Source of the DNA: a virus
Taxonomy: Duplodnaviria > Heunggongvirae > Uroviricota > Caudoviricetes
Direction: 5' to 3' (one strand)
DNA: 64,000 bases
IMG/VR virus record: IMGVR_UViG_3300033067_001661
Span: 269,624 to 333,623 of that record
Positions 12,301 through 20,036 of this stretch are shown in pieces (within the stretch, counting starts at the first letter, position 1; each line of letters opens with the position of its first letter). The position numbers and the translations under genes are program-made. The notes under the pieces are model-generated. The model did no database searches and was not told where the DNA came from. It saw nothing but the letters and a program-made list of their open reading frames with translations.

Positions 12301-13666
12301 CTTTCAATTCTGCATTTTCCAAAGAAGCTTCGCTATAAGCCTGCCACCAATCTTGGTCTTCAGCATAGTCTCTCCATTCCATATTATTTTGAGTTCCGCC
12401 ATATACCCATTGTTGATTACCAGGCAAGCCAGCAGTATTCACTGTTGGAACGCCTATGAACTGATTAACAGCCAAATCTGTTCCGCTTATATTTGCTCCC
12501 CAAGCGTTCTTGGACTCAATAGTAAACCATCCTCTATGGAAGTTTGGAGGCATTGGGGTAGAAACCCCATTTGTTGTCATATTGAATAAAAAGCCCTTTT
12601 GAGAAGAAGACCATGTTACGGTAACGGTTCCCAACGGATAGGGATAATTTCCGTCATATGACGGGTTTGAGCTAGAACTGATTTTTGTCTGTATTGCTGA
12701 CTGCAAAATAGAAGCAACCTGTGTCATGGAAGTTGCAGCAGAAGTATTTATGTTTTGTATCTTGAGTCTTGCGTTGGCAACAGAAATAGAGAAGGCTCCA
12801 CTTGTTACAGTTCTCCAAGTAGTTAGGTCAGCCGCCTCGTTTGCACCAGAAGGCCTCCAGAACCAGTTTGAATACAAATAGCTCGCGCCCCATCCGCCCC
12901 ACATGATTATGCCATTAGCTTTTTCTTTTGCAAGAGCAACCATTTGAGACATATTGTTGTAACTTACCATTGCTCCAATATGCGTACTAGATGGATGAAA
13001 TGAAAAAGTATAGAATGGATATATTGGCTTACCATTCGCAATTTTTGACTTCATTTGATCAATGGTAACTCCAGCAAATATCTTCCAATCATTTATGAAC
13101 GATTGACTATTGCCATAAAAAGGATAACAGCTTGGAGCTACAAAATCGCAACAATTAGTAAATGGAGAAGAAACAAAAGCTCCATTTACATATCTTTGCG
13201 AAAGTCTATCCATCCAAGCGAGCCATGATTGGTAATTCGCCTGATATGTTGGATTATTTGGATTTTGAGTATATTGCAGAGGAGCATAATAATTGTTTGG
13301 ATGACCGCCAGGTATATCATACCAGCCAATTTTCAAATCGGGCCGACCCTGAGCGGCTGCTCTCGCTTTTGATCTGTTGTAAATTTCAACAAGGCAATCA
13401 AGAGCAGAATCCTTATCTGCCTCGCTCATAGAGGAATTCCAGATATAAAATCTTGGATTCTCCTCGTCCCAGGCTATTCCGTCCCAACCCTCGCTAACGG
13501 CTTGATCGACATACTGATTTATGACATCATTGTTAATTGTTAAGGTTTGATAATTAGATATCGGACTTGTACAAGCAGAAATAGCGTTCATCCCATAGAC
13601 AGACCTAAATTGTCCGGCAGAAGGCTGTCCCGTAAAACCAAAACTCGCAAAAAACTTAAATGACAT
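3398..13666 (-). CDS. Giant 3422-aa multidomain protein. At least three tandem TIM-barrel glycoside-hydrolase-like modules, a PKD domain, a pectate-lyase-like right-handed beta-helix (Asn/Gly-rich repeats), an FN3 domain (YYYKIVAYDVYGNASSP) and a further C-terminal module. Putative tail fibre or virion-associated polysaccharide depolymerase.
   Basis: Single uninterrupted 10.3 kb ORF. Repeated motif sets (KIGWYDIPG / KVGFYFNPN / KIGYYGTPF; CYPFYG / DVYPFYG / SLYPLYQG; KPIYPFYTFSFHP / KPLYVFLNPSFHFS / RPIYPFVMPTFFES; GIIMWGG / GAIVWNTY / GYIMWYGN) define tandem modules. WDFGD + AAYTYYHNNNGTPFTITL = PKD. NN.L/NNV.. beta-helix repeats. Confidence 0.65.
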   Translation of the reverse strand: MSFKFFASFGFTGQPSAGQFRSVYGMNAISACTSPISNYQTLTINNDVINQYVDQAVSEGWDGIAWDEENPRFYIWNSSMSEADKDSALDCLVEIYNRSKARAAAQGRPDLKIGWYDIPGGHPNNYYAPLQYTQNPNNPTYQANYQSWLAWMDRLSQRYVNGAFVSSPFTNCCDFVAPSCYPFYGNSQSFINDWKIFAGVTIDQMKSKIANGKPIYPFYTFSFHPSSTHIGAMVSYNNMSQMVALAKEKANGIIMWGGWGASYLYSNWFWRPSGANEAADLTTWRTVTSGAFSISVANARLKIQNINTSAATSMTQVASILQSAIQTKISSSSNPSYDGNYPYPLGTVTVTWSSSQKGFLFNMTTNGVSTPMPPNFHRGWFTIESKNAWGANISGTDLAVNQFIGVPTVNTAGLPGNQQWVYGGTQNNMEWRDYAEDQDWWQAYSEASLENAELKDFKYFMSSNYTGQPSFTGFESYGINFMQTGGISPFVESYSQAATTLLTGTLTISDSNINAGITAWLDPALGNNQALYYAYDLEFFQSYLDPASNSDTVIDNMLESFNRVYTRTKELLAARGISNVKVGFYFNPNFKSYYNPVLYWFSRGNNTGYTTSYDTWTSKFRRVNLRKSGASYYTKKFSDYTDFITCDVYPFYGEQDPFDDVYYKENLIQAAKYTAGNKPLYVFLNPSFHFSTPWCSKLVSGNYMIKMLSWCKRIADGAIVWNTYRPSFRRARVRHFMTASGGPPAVPIKTLSDWQTITNGCFNYFAQGYNRSVTGVNFSVATSVGGAESTSVANIIEAAINADLYYINNFFPTTAIYPSLTASRPYEMGSVVVAYQSSVSNNAPLSSTQVPCFEFTYTTPSVQTPPDHSSYEGREFLYCYGYSGSLPVGGTNIGSALWIGTYSNTNQEYDSNIYSGQDFDSNEWSNGWVVGNDWWHALSSMATADKYTRDRSITVMETFGSTTSNGTVRSFSGMPTVPQLKSQYNIVRSYTAYSSMTAGWSQFTDSFIDSKLDAFLAEKADIFVWDVEGDFCNVTVTGPNWPYGVTEAEVDANLEQFRSLYTRTKVRAGLKGISNIKIGYYGTPFSANSYYGAYYWGSGGLAHPIPGSVFDASMRRINQRYQNGVYVTVPFADYNDFFAPSLYPLYQGWTAAETDEILIVKGTIEKIIEVFGKVRPIYPFVMPTFFESSGYNVFMGMAQNATLSQGMYTQILDSGADGYIMWYGNLPSLYSSNHRFTPTVSKTLAQWQAITNGCFIIAVDGYPVKVEGINFSTTASMADVAQKIQDGFNNKIATIAIVTASYGSTWNSGSPTSPRNIGNVTVTWDSSNLRFVMNTLKGTLKSPSGLVFPPDFDKGYFVIRSWTAWTGSSPPGVDIGVDEWIGRHNVWTDLTNTRTDTTNEFGRWIENSRWWNSYKSIALGSYGTNVFNRVIPFINVVTPSSGEVPFTVHVDATNSYFNGVDAQDCTFEWDFGDNNPPVSVISRTMISDPRVDSDFNSDGSSHRKTSLSSKQRGINAAYTYYHNNNGTPFTITLKIWHNGVVSSTVSTTVTVSNPTIDSYPTNNPNNWVLLQVVPEQLTPPSNTFQTIDAAVSWINSNRTNGKAIIELLPGYSGSNNLNFPLNGKITISKPNILIRSSTAYSTQKPRIVAKNGSFSRSSPTALFELAATAYNVNFQDIQFGASANVTGDPGGLEQGSDNTSNLIGCVIKSPASATTNASNITFSGCLFRNLYQAVTASHFVTGVYFNQCHTSTTKIKSYDFIGCNFVINKCVHATLNGFVDGAQVFAVRTAADSPINFGGTSGLAEKLSMNFCRIDHLASLQGSSISSSGPINLYNSRYVTVYGSVLQDGSNSLNDVFAIRFDSNEMLAGGTKSLFVVTPPSSDITIVNNVLRPNTYTAGSTRINSGLFEFGGSYGLVNNLKIGNNTAIADVNTSYQKAFWNFTTATGVGLSGIEFVNNLNTEHSGYCISRWISVGTNTGQFDKFSNNVWPQRLGFMDFAFVNGVVKTWDQWVSTGYEENPSQFEVITTDLQSIYKYKLDSSTNTPLASLSILYPAASKDFNDEFRGSFSCGVGATKPYALSYSTSAFTVSPSITTRTRTAEPGWTPPSGAQNAFVAITDPVINTVDNNYASVAKPVIKKLTSNVSDILSFSSIGDTTSRALRIKFDPNGNSNIKNAYFGLLLDGGIKKFGATFVKNDNSTLSITSLTVSSYATLTDLSNAIYGAINTLFVNNNLGSPSTSIDLFGCGYLATSLLGNTSAVSIESDIYSGFGRWVYSQFSSITLGNYIKTTTTVTPTTDGYDIAITYTNDGPSGANDSVTGDVRQRIGVLRVEGVLSGLKGKFLRCTDSSNLMDYDTSFRNYFGPGLNYPFDRFAPVVVVVGETYAVGVSVLYNFATSDLISQEFIGQYGVGSIGGIGVSCISNRLAWLTDIQGDSATVNADCLARGQSMQVTLSVRVTRNVRDWVKTLAPYKAYFAATHGSVSYMKDPRPIRPVVPAISSNTQPLYYHGFEDVNNQNPATWGWAWWSNKVKYLYNTLGYERFFMWSPAGLYYNQNPYNYPSIMLTPFFDTNGTFPHSSAATVSDTCYTRLGNGTCVPGTFTVNPNLLKGTIYMLRDAIQEVPVFGFYQGYGTTVHKQWNPEAKDFVGFENMDSAYIMNKAANELHLMANYAKTNMLGLDAYAAGTKGALRQNKRAIDYIGYKYDGLRLLAEKSPEDITNINCMSFLFSFDLQSGPHVLADYILPGHETLVMFYFNTHWSDFPYSTYNEGHTKNALAAFARWGFVVGSIDNEQHASLKSPLVDASIFNAADRRFVYDQKPASVSSLAAPSGLQYKIIDAIVNQDYPDVHEQSIILSWNANIEADFSHYVVSRARIINGEPDLNLPYQEKLYTKKPIFVDYQVFPARTYYYKIVAYDVYGNASSPTAFEVTHIADDPVLNPPKNISSTANVGDGNVVVAWNAPSSEFEPSSTNRTPPKIIVQGSRRAVDLGNELFDLSNTYILVNEFVSWNNSDNRTMAQRAAEAVAEVVEARNRWASVRSNEPFRWAFWPQNFGPYDWGTPNTALFRHSSDFLSNGRYSGVWSTAGIQEARTRMQEYFGILANALNQEGIPHPYYLDPDYEGDGNGGFAGGVESERANWHNWLMADSRSSNTLFDGSISYADFTAQLKDLDGLPVPTSELYPYIYDQSLRASKLVHVYSSINAMRVDWGLYKSLFEPAKEVWPNVICGNWLLFGATRQYNANGYRFRESPVDFGPNMKSDVHVPSNYGWGLTDWIGFPTGYGYNTYYENASRFNIDLNKIKNPNEIVKAMRIASLDYSLRACEVANPNKPIAAWLSYNNTPLVYNNLYERGNPKYPNGFSASVIDDRDHMMNLFRVMNKRNVSMVGWFCGQTLGTNNTQEDTADTYSKIYEVVSNLQEAGYIV

Positions 13667-13720
13667 TCGTATCCCCTAAAGAGTTCCTATACCATTATCG
13701 GGTAGCACTAGAGCTAATAG

Positions 13721-13754
13721 GAATTAAAAGAACACAGAGAGATACTCTGTGTTC
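13721..13754 (-). terminator. Rho-independent terminator after the dUTPase gene (minus strand).
   Basis: Perfect 11-bp inverted repeat GAACACAGAGA(G/ATA)TCTCTGTGTTC, followed on the minus strand by TTTTAATT. Confidence 0.6.
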
Positions 13755-13800
13755 TAAAAGAAGCTTCAAAACCCCTTCTAAATCAGGAAGTTTTAGATAT

Positions 13801-14277
13801 TTAGTTACCTGAAGAACCAAATCCGCCAGAGCCTCTTGCTGTCTCAACAAGCTCCTGAGCTTCAATAAAAGAAGCGTCTACAGTAATCGAAACAACAAGT
13901 TGAGCTATTTTGTCACCCTTCTTGTATTTCTTAAATGGCTTTGGCAAAGTAACATAAACTTCACCATCTGGCATTTGACTATATCGAAGAGTAGGCTTAA
14001 ACCTTACAAGAAGCTCTCCTCTGTAACCATTATCCACAAGACCAATACTATTAGCCAACGCCATATCATACTTACTAATACTAGACCTAGGCCATATCTC
14101 TGTATGAACGCCTTGAAGAGGTTCCACTGCAAGTCCTGTCCTATACTGTATAAAGCCTTCCGAATCAACAACGCCGTCGTCGATTGCTACCAAATCGAAT
14201 CCTGCGTCTCCATTTTTGGCTCTTGTCGGTATTTGAGCCTCAGGAACCAACTTTCTGAACTTAATTTGCGTCTTCAT
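13801..14277 (-). CDS. dut: dUTP diphosphatase (dUTPase), trimeric type.
   Basis: 158 aa. Canonical dUTPase motifs: AGFDL (motif 1), RSS (motif 2), GLVDNGYRGEL (motif 3), C-terminal Gly-rich GSGGFGSSG (motif 5). Confidence 0.85.
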   Translation of the reverse strand: MKTQIKFRKLVPEAQIPTRAKNGDAGFDLVAIDDGVVDSEGFIQYRTGLAVEPLQGVHTEIWPRSSISKYDMALANSIGLVDNGYRGELLVRFKPTLRYSQMPDGEVYVTLPKPFKKYKKGDKIAQLVVSITVDASFIEAQELVETARGSGGFGSSGN

Positions 14278-14293
14278 GATTACTCCTTCTATT

Positions 14294-16837
14294 TTAGCCG
14301 CACTTGCTATGTCCGCAATCCTTACAAGTCAAACAGCCCTCAAGACGAACAACATTAGAACTTGAGCAGCTTGGGCAAGCTACGCCAGAAGCCTTTGTTC
14401 CGTCAGGAATATACTTCTTCAATACTCTTGCCATAGCTTTACCAAAATTTGTCATGTCGCCAGGAGACTTTTCTAACTGATCAACAACATACGCTATATC
14501 TGAACCATGACGAAGAGATAGACTGATCATTCTAGTAATAACAGCCTGCTCGTCTGTCAAAAGGTCGCAAACATTCTGAACAACAGAACCGTCTTCGGCT
14601 TTGAGTTCATACTCTCCCCTCTTCTTCTTAGTAAGAGTTCCCTTCTTCAGGGTTGTAATGCAACCATTCTTACCAGCAAACACTTCATAAGGATGGCCTT
14701 CAAATATTCCAACAAGAACAAAGAAGTCTTCTCCTCTTGATTTGGTGTGATGAATGTCGCAATCAAGAACTTGAGGCCTCTTTGGAGCGTTTGTCTTCTG
14801 AATATTCTCTTTCTTCTTCTCAGAAGCAGAAACAAGAACGCCAGTCCTGCAACCGTCTCTATAGACCGTAAAGCCCTTACATCCAGCCTCCCAAGCTTTC
14901 ATGTAAACATCAGCAACGAGTTCTTTCGTAACATCATTAGGAAGATTACAAGTCTTGCTGATAGCATGGTCAATCCATTTCTGCGCGACAGATTGAATAT
15001 CTACGCTCGCAGACCAGTCTACGTCGTTTGATGTTGCCTTGTAATATGGAGACTTCTTAAAGAAGCTCAAATCATCATGAGAGTTGATAGAACCCTTTTC
15101 GCTTTCGTCAATCTTATAACCATTGACATCCATCCATTCCTTGAATTGATGATGGAATACAAAGAACTCTTGCCATTTATCACCCTTCTGATCTACAAAA
15201 TCAACGCGAGTATTGATTCCGTCGCCAGGATTAATCTTCTTACGACGCTTGTATAGCAAGCTATATGCAGGCTCAATGCCGGAAGTTGTCTGAGTCAGTG
15301 TAGAAACAGAGCCAGTAGGAGCGGTTGTTGTATTAGCTATATTCCTGCGACCATACTTCTTGTAAATAGCATAAACATCAGGAGCCGCTTCCCAAATGCG
15401 ATTAAGGAATGGATGATCCTTTTCAAGCTTATGATCAAAAACAGGGAAAGCGCCTCGCTCCTTAGCCATAACACATGACGCTCTGTATGAACCGATAGCA
15501 AGAGCTTGATACATCTTCTCGGTAAGAACAATAGATTCCTTAGAGCCGTAGCGAACTCCTAGCGCTGCAAGAGCATCGCCAAGAGCCGTAATACCAAGTC
15601 CGGTTCTACGACCGTTTACACACGCCTGTCTAATCCTTGTCCAAAGATTTCTTTCAACAAACTTTGCATCGTCAGATTCTGGATCTGCGTCAATCTTGGC
15701 GAGAATCTTATCAATCTGTTCAATTTCAATATCAATCATGTCGTCCATGAGACGTTGAGCAACTTCGGCAACTCGCTCTATTTCCTTAACATCAAGGAAT
15801 GAGTTTTCTGTAAACTTGTTACCAACAAAAGATAACAAGTTAATACAAATCAACCTACAAGAGTCATATGCGCTAAGAACAATCTCTCCGCATGGATTTG
15901 TGGAAAGACTCTCATAACCAAAGTCCTTATAGATATCAGCAGGAGTAAACTTCTGAGCAGTATCCCAAAAGAGAAGTCCAGGCTCCGCGGACTGCCAAGC
16001 AGCGTCAATAATCTCTTTCCACAAAGATTCTGCGTCAACCATCTCCCTAATCTTTGGTTCGCTAGAATTAACAGGCCAACGCAACTCAACTTGCGTCTTA
16101 TTCTTAACTGCATTCATGAACTCGTCAGTTAAACGAATAGAGATATTTGCGCCAGTTACCCTAGATAGATCTTTCTTGATGTTTATGAAAGTCCTGATTT
16201 CGGGATGATGACATGAAATAGTCAACATCAAAGCGCCGCGACGACCATTCTGCGCAACTTCTCTACAAGTATTAGAGAACCGCTCCATAAAAACGCCAAT
16301 ACCGTCAGTCGTTCTAGCTGCATTATTAGTTTGAAGACCACGAGGACGGATATGGCTAATATCAAAACCAACGCCGCCACGACGCTTCATAATTTGAGCC
16401 TGTTCTTGATCTGTCTTCAAGATACCGCCATAACTATCCTCAGGCGACGGTATAACAAAACAATTGGAACAAGACTGAATTTGATATGGATTTCCAATTG
16501 CGCTCATTGGAGAACCCTGAGGTACGATATATTTGAAATGCTTGAAATACTCGTATATCTCTTGCTCTGAAAGAGGATTAGGATATTTCTTCTCTATCCT
16601 CGCAAACTCTCTAGCAAGTCTACGATGCATTTGATCTGGATTTGATTCCAGAATTCTACCTTCATTATCTCTAAGAGCGTACTTACTTACAAAAACGCTC
16701 GCCGCCAAACTATCTCCCCCAAAGTATTCAAGCGATTTGTCCAACGCTTCTTGATTCGAGTATATCTTCTTAATTGAGCCTTCGTCTACACTAACATCAG
16801 TATCCATCATAATCATTTTCTTCTCCATGTATTCCAA
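14294..16837 (-). CDS. nrdJ: Ribonucleotide reductase catalytic subunit, probably class II (adenosylcobalamin-dependent, NrdJ-like). Class assignment not certain.
   Basis: 847 aa. Active-site NPCGEI motif. C-terminal CxxC...CxxC zinc ribbon (CPSCSS...CLTCKDC) typical of class II RNRs. No adjacent small (R2) subunit gene. Confidence 0.7.
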   Translation of the reverse strand: MEYMEKKMIMMDTDVSVDEGSIKKIYSNQEALDKSLEYFGGDSLAASVFVSKYALRDNEGRILESNPDQMHRRLAREFARIEKKYPNPLSEQEIYEYFKHFKYIVPQGSPMSAIGNPYQIQSCSNCFVIPSPEDSYGGILKTDQEQAQIMKRRGGVGFDISHIRPRGLQTNNAARTTDGIGVFMERFSNTCREVAQNGRRGALMLTISCHHPEIRTFINIKKDLSRVTGANISIRLTDEFMNAVKNKTQVELRWPVNSSEPKIREMVDAESLWKEIIDAAWQSAEPGLLFWDTAQKFTPADIYKDFGYESLSTNPCGEIVLSAYDSCRLICINLLSFVGNKFTENSFLDVKEIERVAEVAQRLMDDMIDIEIEQIDKILAKIDADPESDDAKFVERNLWTRIRQACVNGRRTGLGITALGDALAALGVRYGSKESIVLTEKMYQALAIGSYRASCVMAKERGAFPVFDHKLEKDHPFLNRIWEAAPDVYAIYKKYGRRNIANTTTAPTGSVSTLTQTTSGIEPAYSLLYKRRKKINPGDGINTRVDFVDQKGDKWQEFFVFHHQFKEWMDVNGYKIDESEKGSINSHDDLSFFKKSPYYKATSNDVDWSASVDIQSVAQKWIDHAISKTCNLPNDVTKELVADVYMKAWEAGCKGFTVYRDGCRTGVLVSASEKKKENIQKTNAPKRPQVLDCDIHHTKSRGEDFFVLVGIFEGHPYEVFAGKNGCITTLKKGTLTKKKRGEYELKAEDGSVVQNVCDLLTDEQAVITRMISLSLRHGSDIAYVVDQLEKSPGDMTNFGKAMARVLKKYIPDGTKASGVACPSCSSSNVVRLEGCLTCKDCGHSKCG

Positions 16838-16890
16838 TTAGGTGTAAAAGGGATTTCCAATAATAGTATTCGTCTTCCTTCTGTCAGAAT

Positions 16891-18234
16891 TTAGAAATCG
16901 TCATCTAAAAAATCTTCTAACATAGGATTCATTGATTGTCCAAAGCCAAATGGCTTATTCTTACTCTGTTGCTCCATGTAGGTGGAATAATCCTTATCCT
17001 TTGTTTCCTTAATTGCTCTATCAAAATGCTTCTTTTGAAGAAGGAGTTTTTCTCCTTCGAAAGAAGAATCTTTGACTGCAAATATAGCAGAGGTTAAACA
17101 GAGGTCGTTCATGTGAGCGCCAGTTAGACCTTCAGTTGCCTTTGCAAGTTTTTCAAAATTAACGGTCTTGGCTACAACAAACTTCTCCGTGAACTTACGG
17201 AGCATTTTTACTCGACATTCTTCGTCGGGCTTATCAACGCTTATGATTCTATCAAATCTTCCCGGGCGATTCTTAATCGCGTTCTCAAGTTCTCCAAGCG
17301 CATTTGTTGTTCCGAGCGTTATGATATCGCCAAAAGATTCAAGACCGTCAAGCTTATTCATAAGCTCCATAACGAACGCCGAGCCACCCTTTGATCTATC
17401 AGAAGCAATCCAATCAATGTCTTCTATTACAAAGAGGCATGGAGCAAGATCTTTTGCTATCTCGCAAACTCTAGATATAGAATTGGGATTAGGAAAATCA
17501 GAAGGCAAAGCGTACAAAACGCTATATCCTGATTCTCTCGCAAGACACTTACAAATCTTTGTCTTACCAGTACCAGGTACGCCATGAAGAATAACGCCTC
17601 TCTTAACCGAGAGACCATATTTCTTGAAAGTTTCTCTTAGAGCAAAATTCTCTTCTATATTAGACTTAATAACCTTCTTCGTACTTTCGGGAAGAATGAT
17701 ATCGTCCCAAGAAACATTTTCTAGCTTTAAGAAGTTGCCTCTGCAATCAATTTTCTTACCCTTATAAAGGTTATTCTCAGAAGCATACTTCTTAAGTTTT
17801 TGCAACAGCTTAGAATCTTCTTCAGAAGTTGTTATGCTATAGGAATATTCTTCTCTTCCATGACCCCTATCAATTTGAACACAAAGCTTGCTACCTTCTT
17901 TCTCATAAAAGAGACAGCCTTCTCTGTATCCCTTGATATACTTGTCAGGAGATATCTCTATGTCGAATGTTACAACAGGAGTTTTCGCTGTAAACGAAAA
18001 ATCGCACTGCTCTGTTAGAGTCCATCCCTCTTTAGTAAAGAAGTCATTCCAAACAGCCTGCATCTTTCTATGCTCATAAGGAGAGAGCGTCTCCGAATTG
18101 AGGGCTGTTGTTTTGGCGTTTCCAAATAAACCATTAATATAGTTATCCCTAAAAGAGTCTCCTTCAGCAGCCATTAATGAATGGGCGAACTCTAATAAGG
18201 TTGCGTCCTTAAGATTAATCTTAGATATGTCCAT
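16891..18234 (-). CDS. AAA+ ATPase (classic AAA clade).
   Basis: Walker A GVPGTGKT, Walker B LFVIEDIDW, SRH-like region. ORF track starts at 18345 (non-ATG, overlaps upstream gene by 110 nt). The internal ATG (MDISKINL) at ~18234 abuts the upstream stop and is the more likely start. Confidence 0.75.
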   Translation of the reverse strand: MDISKINLKDATLLEFAHSLMAAEGDSFRDNYINGLFGNAKTTALNSETLSPYEHRKMQAVWNDFFTKEGWTLTEQCDFSFTAKTPVVTFDIEISPDKYIKGYREGCLFYEKEGSKLCVQIDRGHGREEYSYSITTSEEDSKLLQKLKKYASENNLYKGKKIDCRGNFLKLENVSWDDIILPESTKKVIKSNIEENFALRETFKKYGLSVKRGVILHGVPGTGKTKICKCLARESGYSVLYALPSDFPNPNSISRVCEIAKDLAPCLFVIEDIDWIASDRSKGGSAFVMELMNKLDGLESFGDIITLGTTNALGELENAIKNRPGRFDRIISVDKPDEECRVKMLRKFTEKFVVAKTVNFEKLAKATEGLTGAHMNDLCLTSAIFAVKDSSFEGEKLLLQKKHFDRAIKETKDKDYSTYMEQQSKNKPFGFGQSMNPMLEDFLDDDF

Positions 18235-18235
18235 A

Positions 18236-19381
18236 TTATATATTGCTCTTCTCTGTTCTCGCTTTATCAGCGTAGTATTCAAAAAACGGGGCAACGAGTT
18301 GCTCGATACGAACCGCCCCATTTTCCTGCCTCTTAGCAAAGTCAATTACTGCTGATATCTTATCGTCAAGAGGAACCTTCGCCGCGCCAGCACCACGACG
18401 CCCTCCTCCATACTTTTTGCCAAATATCTTCTGAATAAACTGAGAAACATTGATACCCAAAACGCCTGTTCTGAAAGATGCTATCAAAAACTTGGGCTTA
18501 TCAAAGCCTTCGTCAACAAGCCCCATAACAAGAGCGCTATCTATTGACTCGACTTCGAGCATTTCTTCGCAAAGCTTCGCAAGCAAAGCTCTTTGCTGAG
18601 GATTAACAATGCCAACATTTGATATGGTCAGGTTGTTTCCGCTAATACAGAAGTTTGAATATGCTCTTCTTCTAAGCTCCAACAAAGCCAAAGGCTTAGG
18701 ATAATCGTAGATCTTCCTAAGAAGCTCAACGTCCATAATTGACCTGAGAAAATCCATTGCGTCAATATCGTTCTGAACGGTTCCTTCTGATTTCAAATCC
18801 GCAGTATCTGTTGAAATGCCAAGATAAAGAGCCGTTGCAAGACCTTTGCTTATTGGAATATTCAATCCCGTTAGCATTTCAAGCAATATAGTCGAGCATG
18901 CGCCGTACTGCTTATTTATATACATAGGACAGTCTATACAAGGATTAATTGTATGATGGTCTATAACAGCGTCTGGCTTTCTATCTTTTTCAAGGAAAGC
19001 AAAAACTCCGGTATTGTTTTCTTTTCCGAAGTTTGCGCTTGTATCAACAACAATGACGCAGCTTTTCTTGATGTTGTCTTTTATTTGCTGAGTTGATTCT
19101 TCTTCGTTATCCTCGTCAACCTCAAGCTTAATTGCTGAAATATTGAGGACATTCATCATGACGCTATTTTGGGTATAAGGAATTTCTCCGCCATAATAAA
19201 TGACGGCATTCTTCCCCTTTGATTGAGCAAGGGTTTGAATGGCAAAAGCCGAAGCCAAACAATCGGGGTCTGGCTGGTCATGACAAATGATTGAAATGTC
19301 GTCGTTCTTGTCAATAATAGACAACCACTTTTCAACAACCTTAGTGTCAATCTTGATATTTTCCGTTTGCTGATCGCCCAT
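18236..19381 (-). CDS. DHH-family phosphoesterase with DHHA1 domain (NrnA/RecJ-like nanoRNase or pAp phosphatase).
   Basis: DHH motif VIDHHTINP. Upstream Asp-rich motifs (ICHDQPDPD, VVDTS). C-terminal GGGRRGAGAA resembles the DHHA1 GGGH motif. Confidence 0.7.
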   Translation of the reverse strand: MGDQQTENIKIDTKVVEKWLSIIDKNDDISIICHDQPDPDCLASAFAIQTLAQSKGKNAVIYYGGEIPYTQNSVMMNVLNISAIKLEVDEDNEEESTQQIKDNIKKSCVIVVDTSANFGKENNTGVFAFLEKDRKPDAVIDHHTINPCIDCPMYINKQYGACSTILLEMLTGLNIPISKGLATALYLGISTDTADLKSEGTVQNDIDAMDFLRSIMDVELLRKIYDYPKPLALLELRRRAYSNFCISGNNLTISNVGIVNPQQRALLAKLCEEMLEVESIDSALVMGLVDEGFDKPKFLIASFRTGVLGINVSQFIQKIFGKKYGGGRRGAGAAKVPLDDKISAVIDFAKRQENGAVRIEQLVAPFFEYYADKARTEKSNI

Positions 19382-19382
19382 T

Positions 19383-20036
19383 TTATGTCAACCTATTTAA
19401 CCACTCTAACCTAGGAAGCCCATTGGGTTTACACTCGTCAATGGCTGCCTGCAAAGAAATCTTGGGCCAGTATGGTGCATCGCCACAATTCGTTACGGGA
19501 ATCGGAGATTCACGGCTGATCCATTCCATTGCCGCAGAAAAATTGGTCAGAGTATTTGTACTATGATTCTTGTTCTTTCCATAAAAATCCGTTTGCTCTC
19601 CTCGATAAGAACAATCGCAACCGAGAAGAACAACTTTAGAAAAACCCATCGCAACGGCAAGCTGAACAGAAAGACAAGCTGTTGAACCGCCGCCATGCAA
19701 AACGCTTGGGTCTTCTCCAAAAGAAAAACCACCTCGCTCTATTCTAAAATGCGTAAACAGTTCTTCTTTGTCTATTTCTTTTCTTGTTAGTTTTGCGCAA
19801 GCAAGAGTAACAAGATCACGAAAACAATCTTCATACAAAGATTCATCCTGCCACATAAGAATGCATGGCGAAAGAACCTTATATGCTCGATTCGTGCCTA
19901 TGGTAAAATAGTTCTTGATTAGGTCAAGATTGTTGTCAAGAAGAGAAGGCCCATTGCCTATTATGAAAGCTGTCTCACCGACAAACCTTTTCTTCCAGAG
20001 CTTTATGGGAAACTTGTATCTCGACCTAAAAATCAT
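19383..20036 (-). CDS. GNGPSL-motif protein, paralog 1. CstII/GT42-sialyltransferase-like or DUF115 (MptE/Maf-like) fold. Putative glycosyl/nucleotidyl transferase.
   Basis: FIIGNGPSL near the N-terminus and GGGSTACLSVQLAVAMGFSKVVLLGCDC in the centre, matching the (A)GNGPSL ... AVAIALGYKEIYLSGID layout of Campylobacter Cst-II and DUF115 proteins. Start corrected to the internal ATG (MIFRSRY), which abuts the upstream stop. Confidence 0.4.
   Translation of the reverse strand: MIFRSRYKFPIKLWKKRFVGETAFIIGNGPSLLDNNLDLIKNYFTIGTNRAYKVLSPCILMWQDESLYEDCFRDLVTLACAKLTRKEIDKEELFTHFRIERGGFSFGEDPSVLHGGGSTACLSVQLAVAMGFSKVVLLGCDCSYRGEQTDFYGKNKNHSTNTLTNFSAAMEWISRESPIPVTNCGDAPYWPKISLQAAIDECKPNGLPRLEWLNRLT

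Noticed and set aside
3473-13431. Numerous 60-150-aa plus-strand ORFs inside the giant gene (e.g. 7574..7948, 12218..12589).
   Set aside because: All lie antisense within one uninterrupted 10.3 kb minus-strand ORF with coherent domain content. Typical AT-rich shadow ORFs without RBS.
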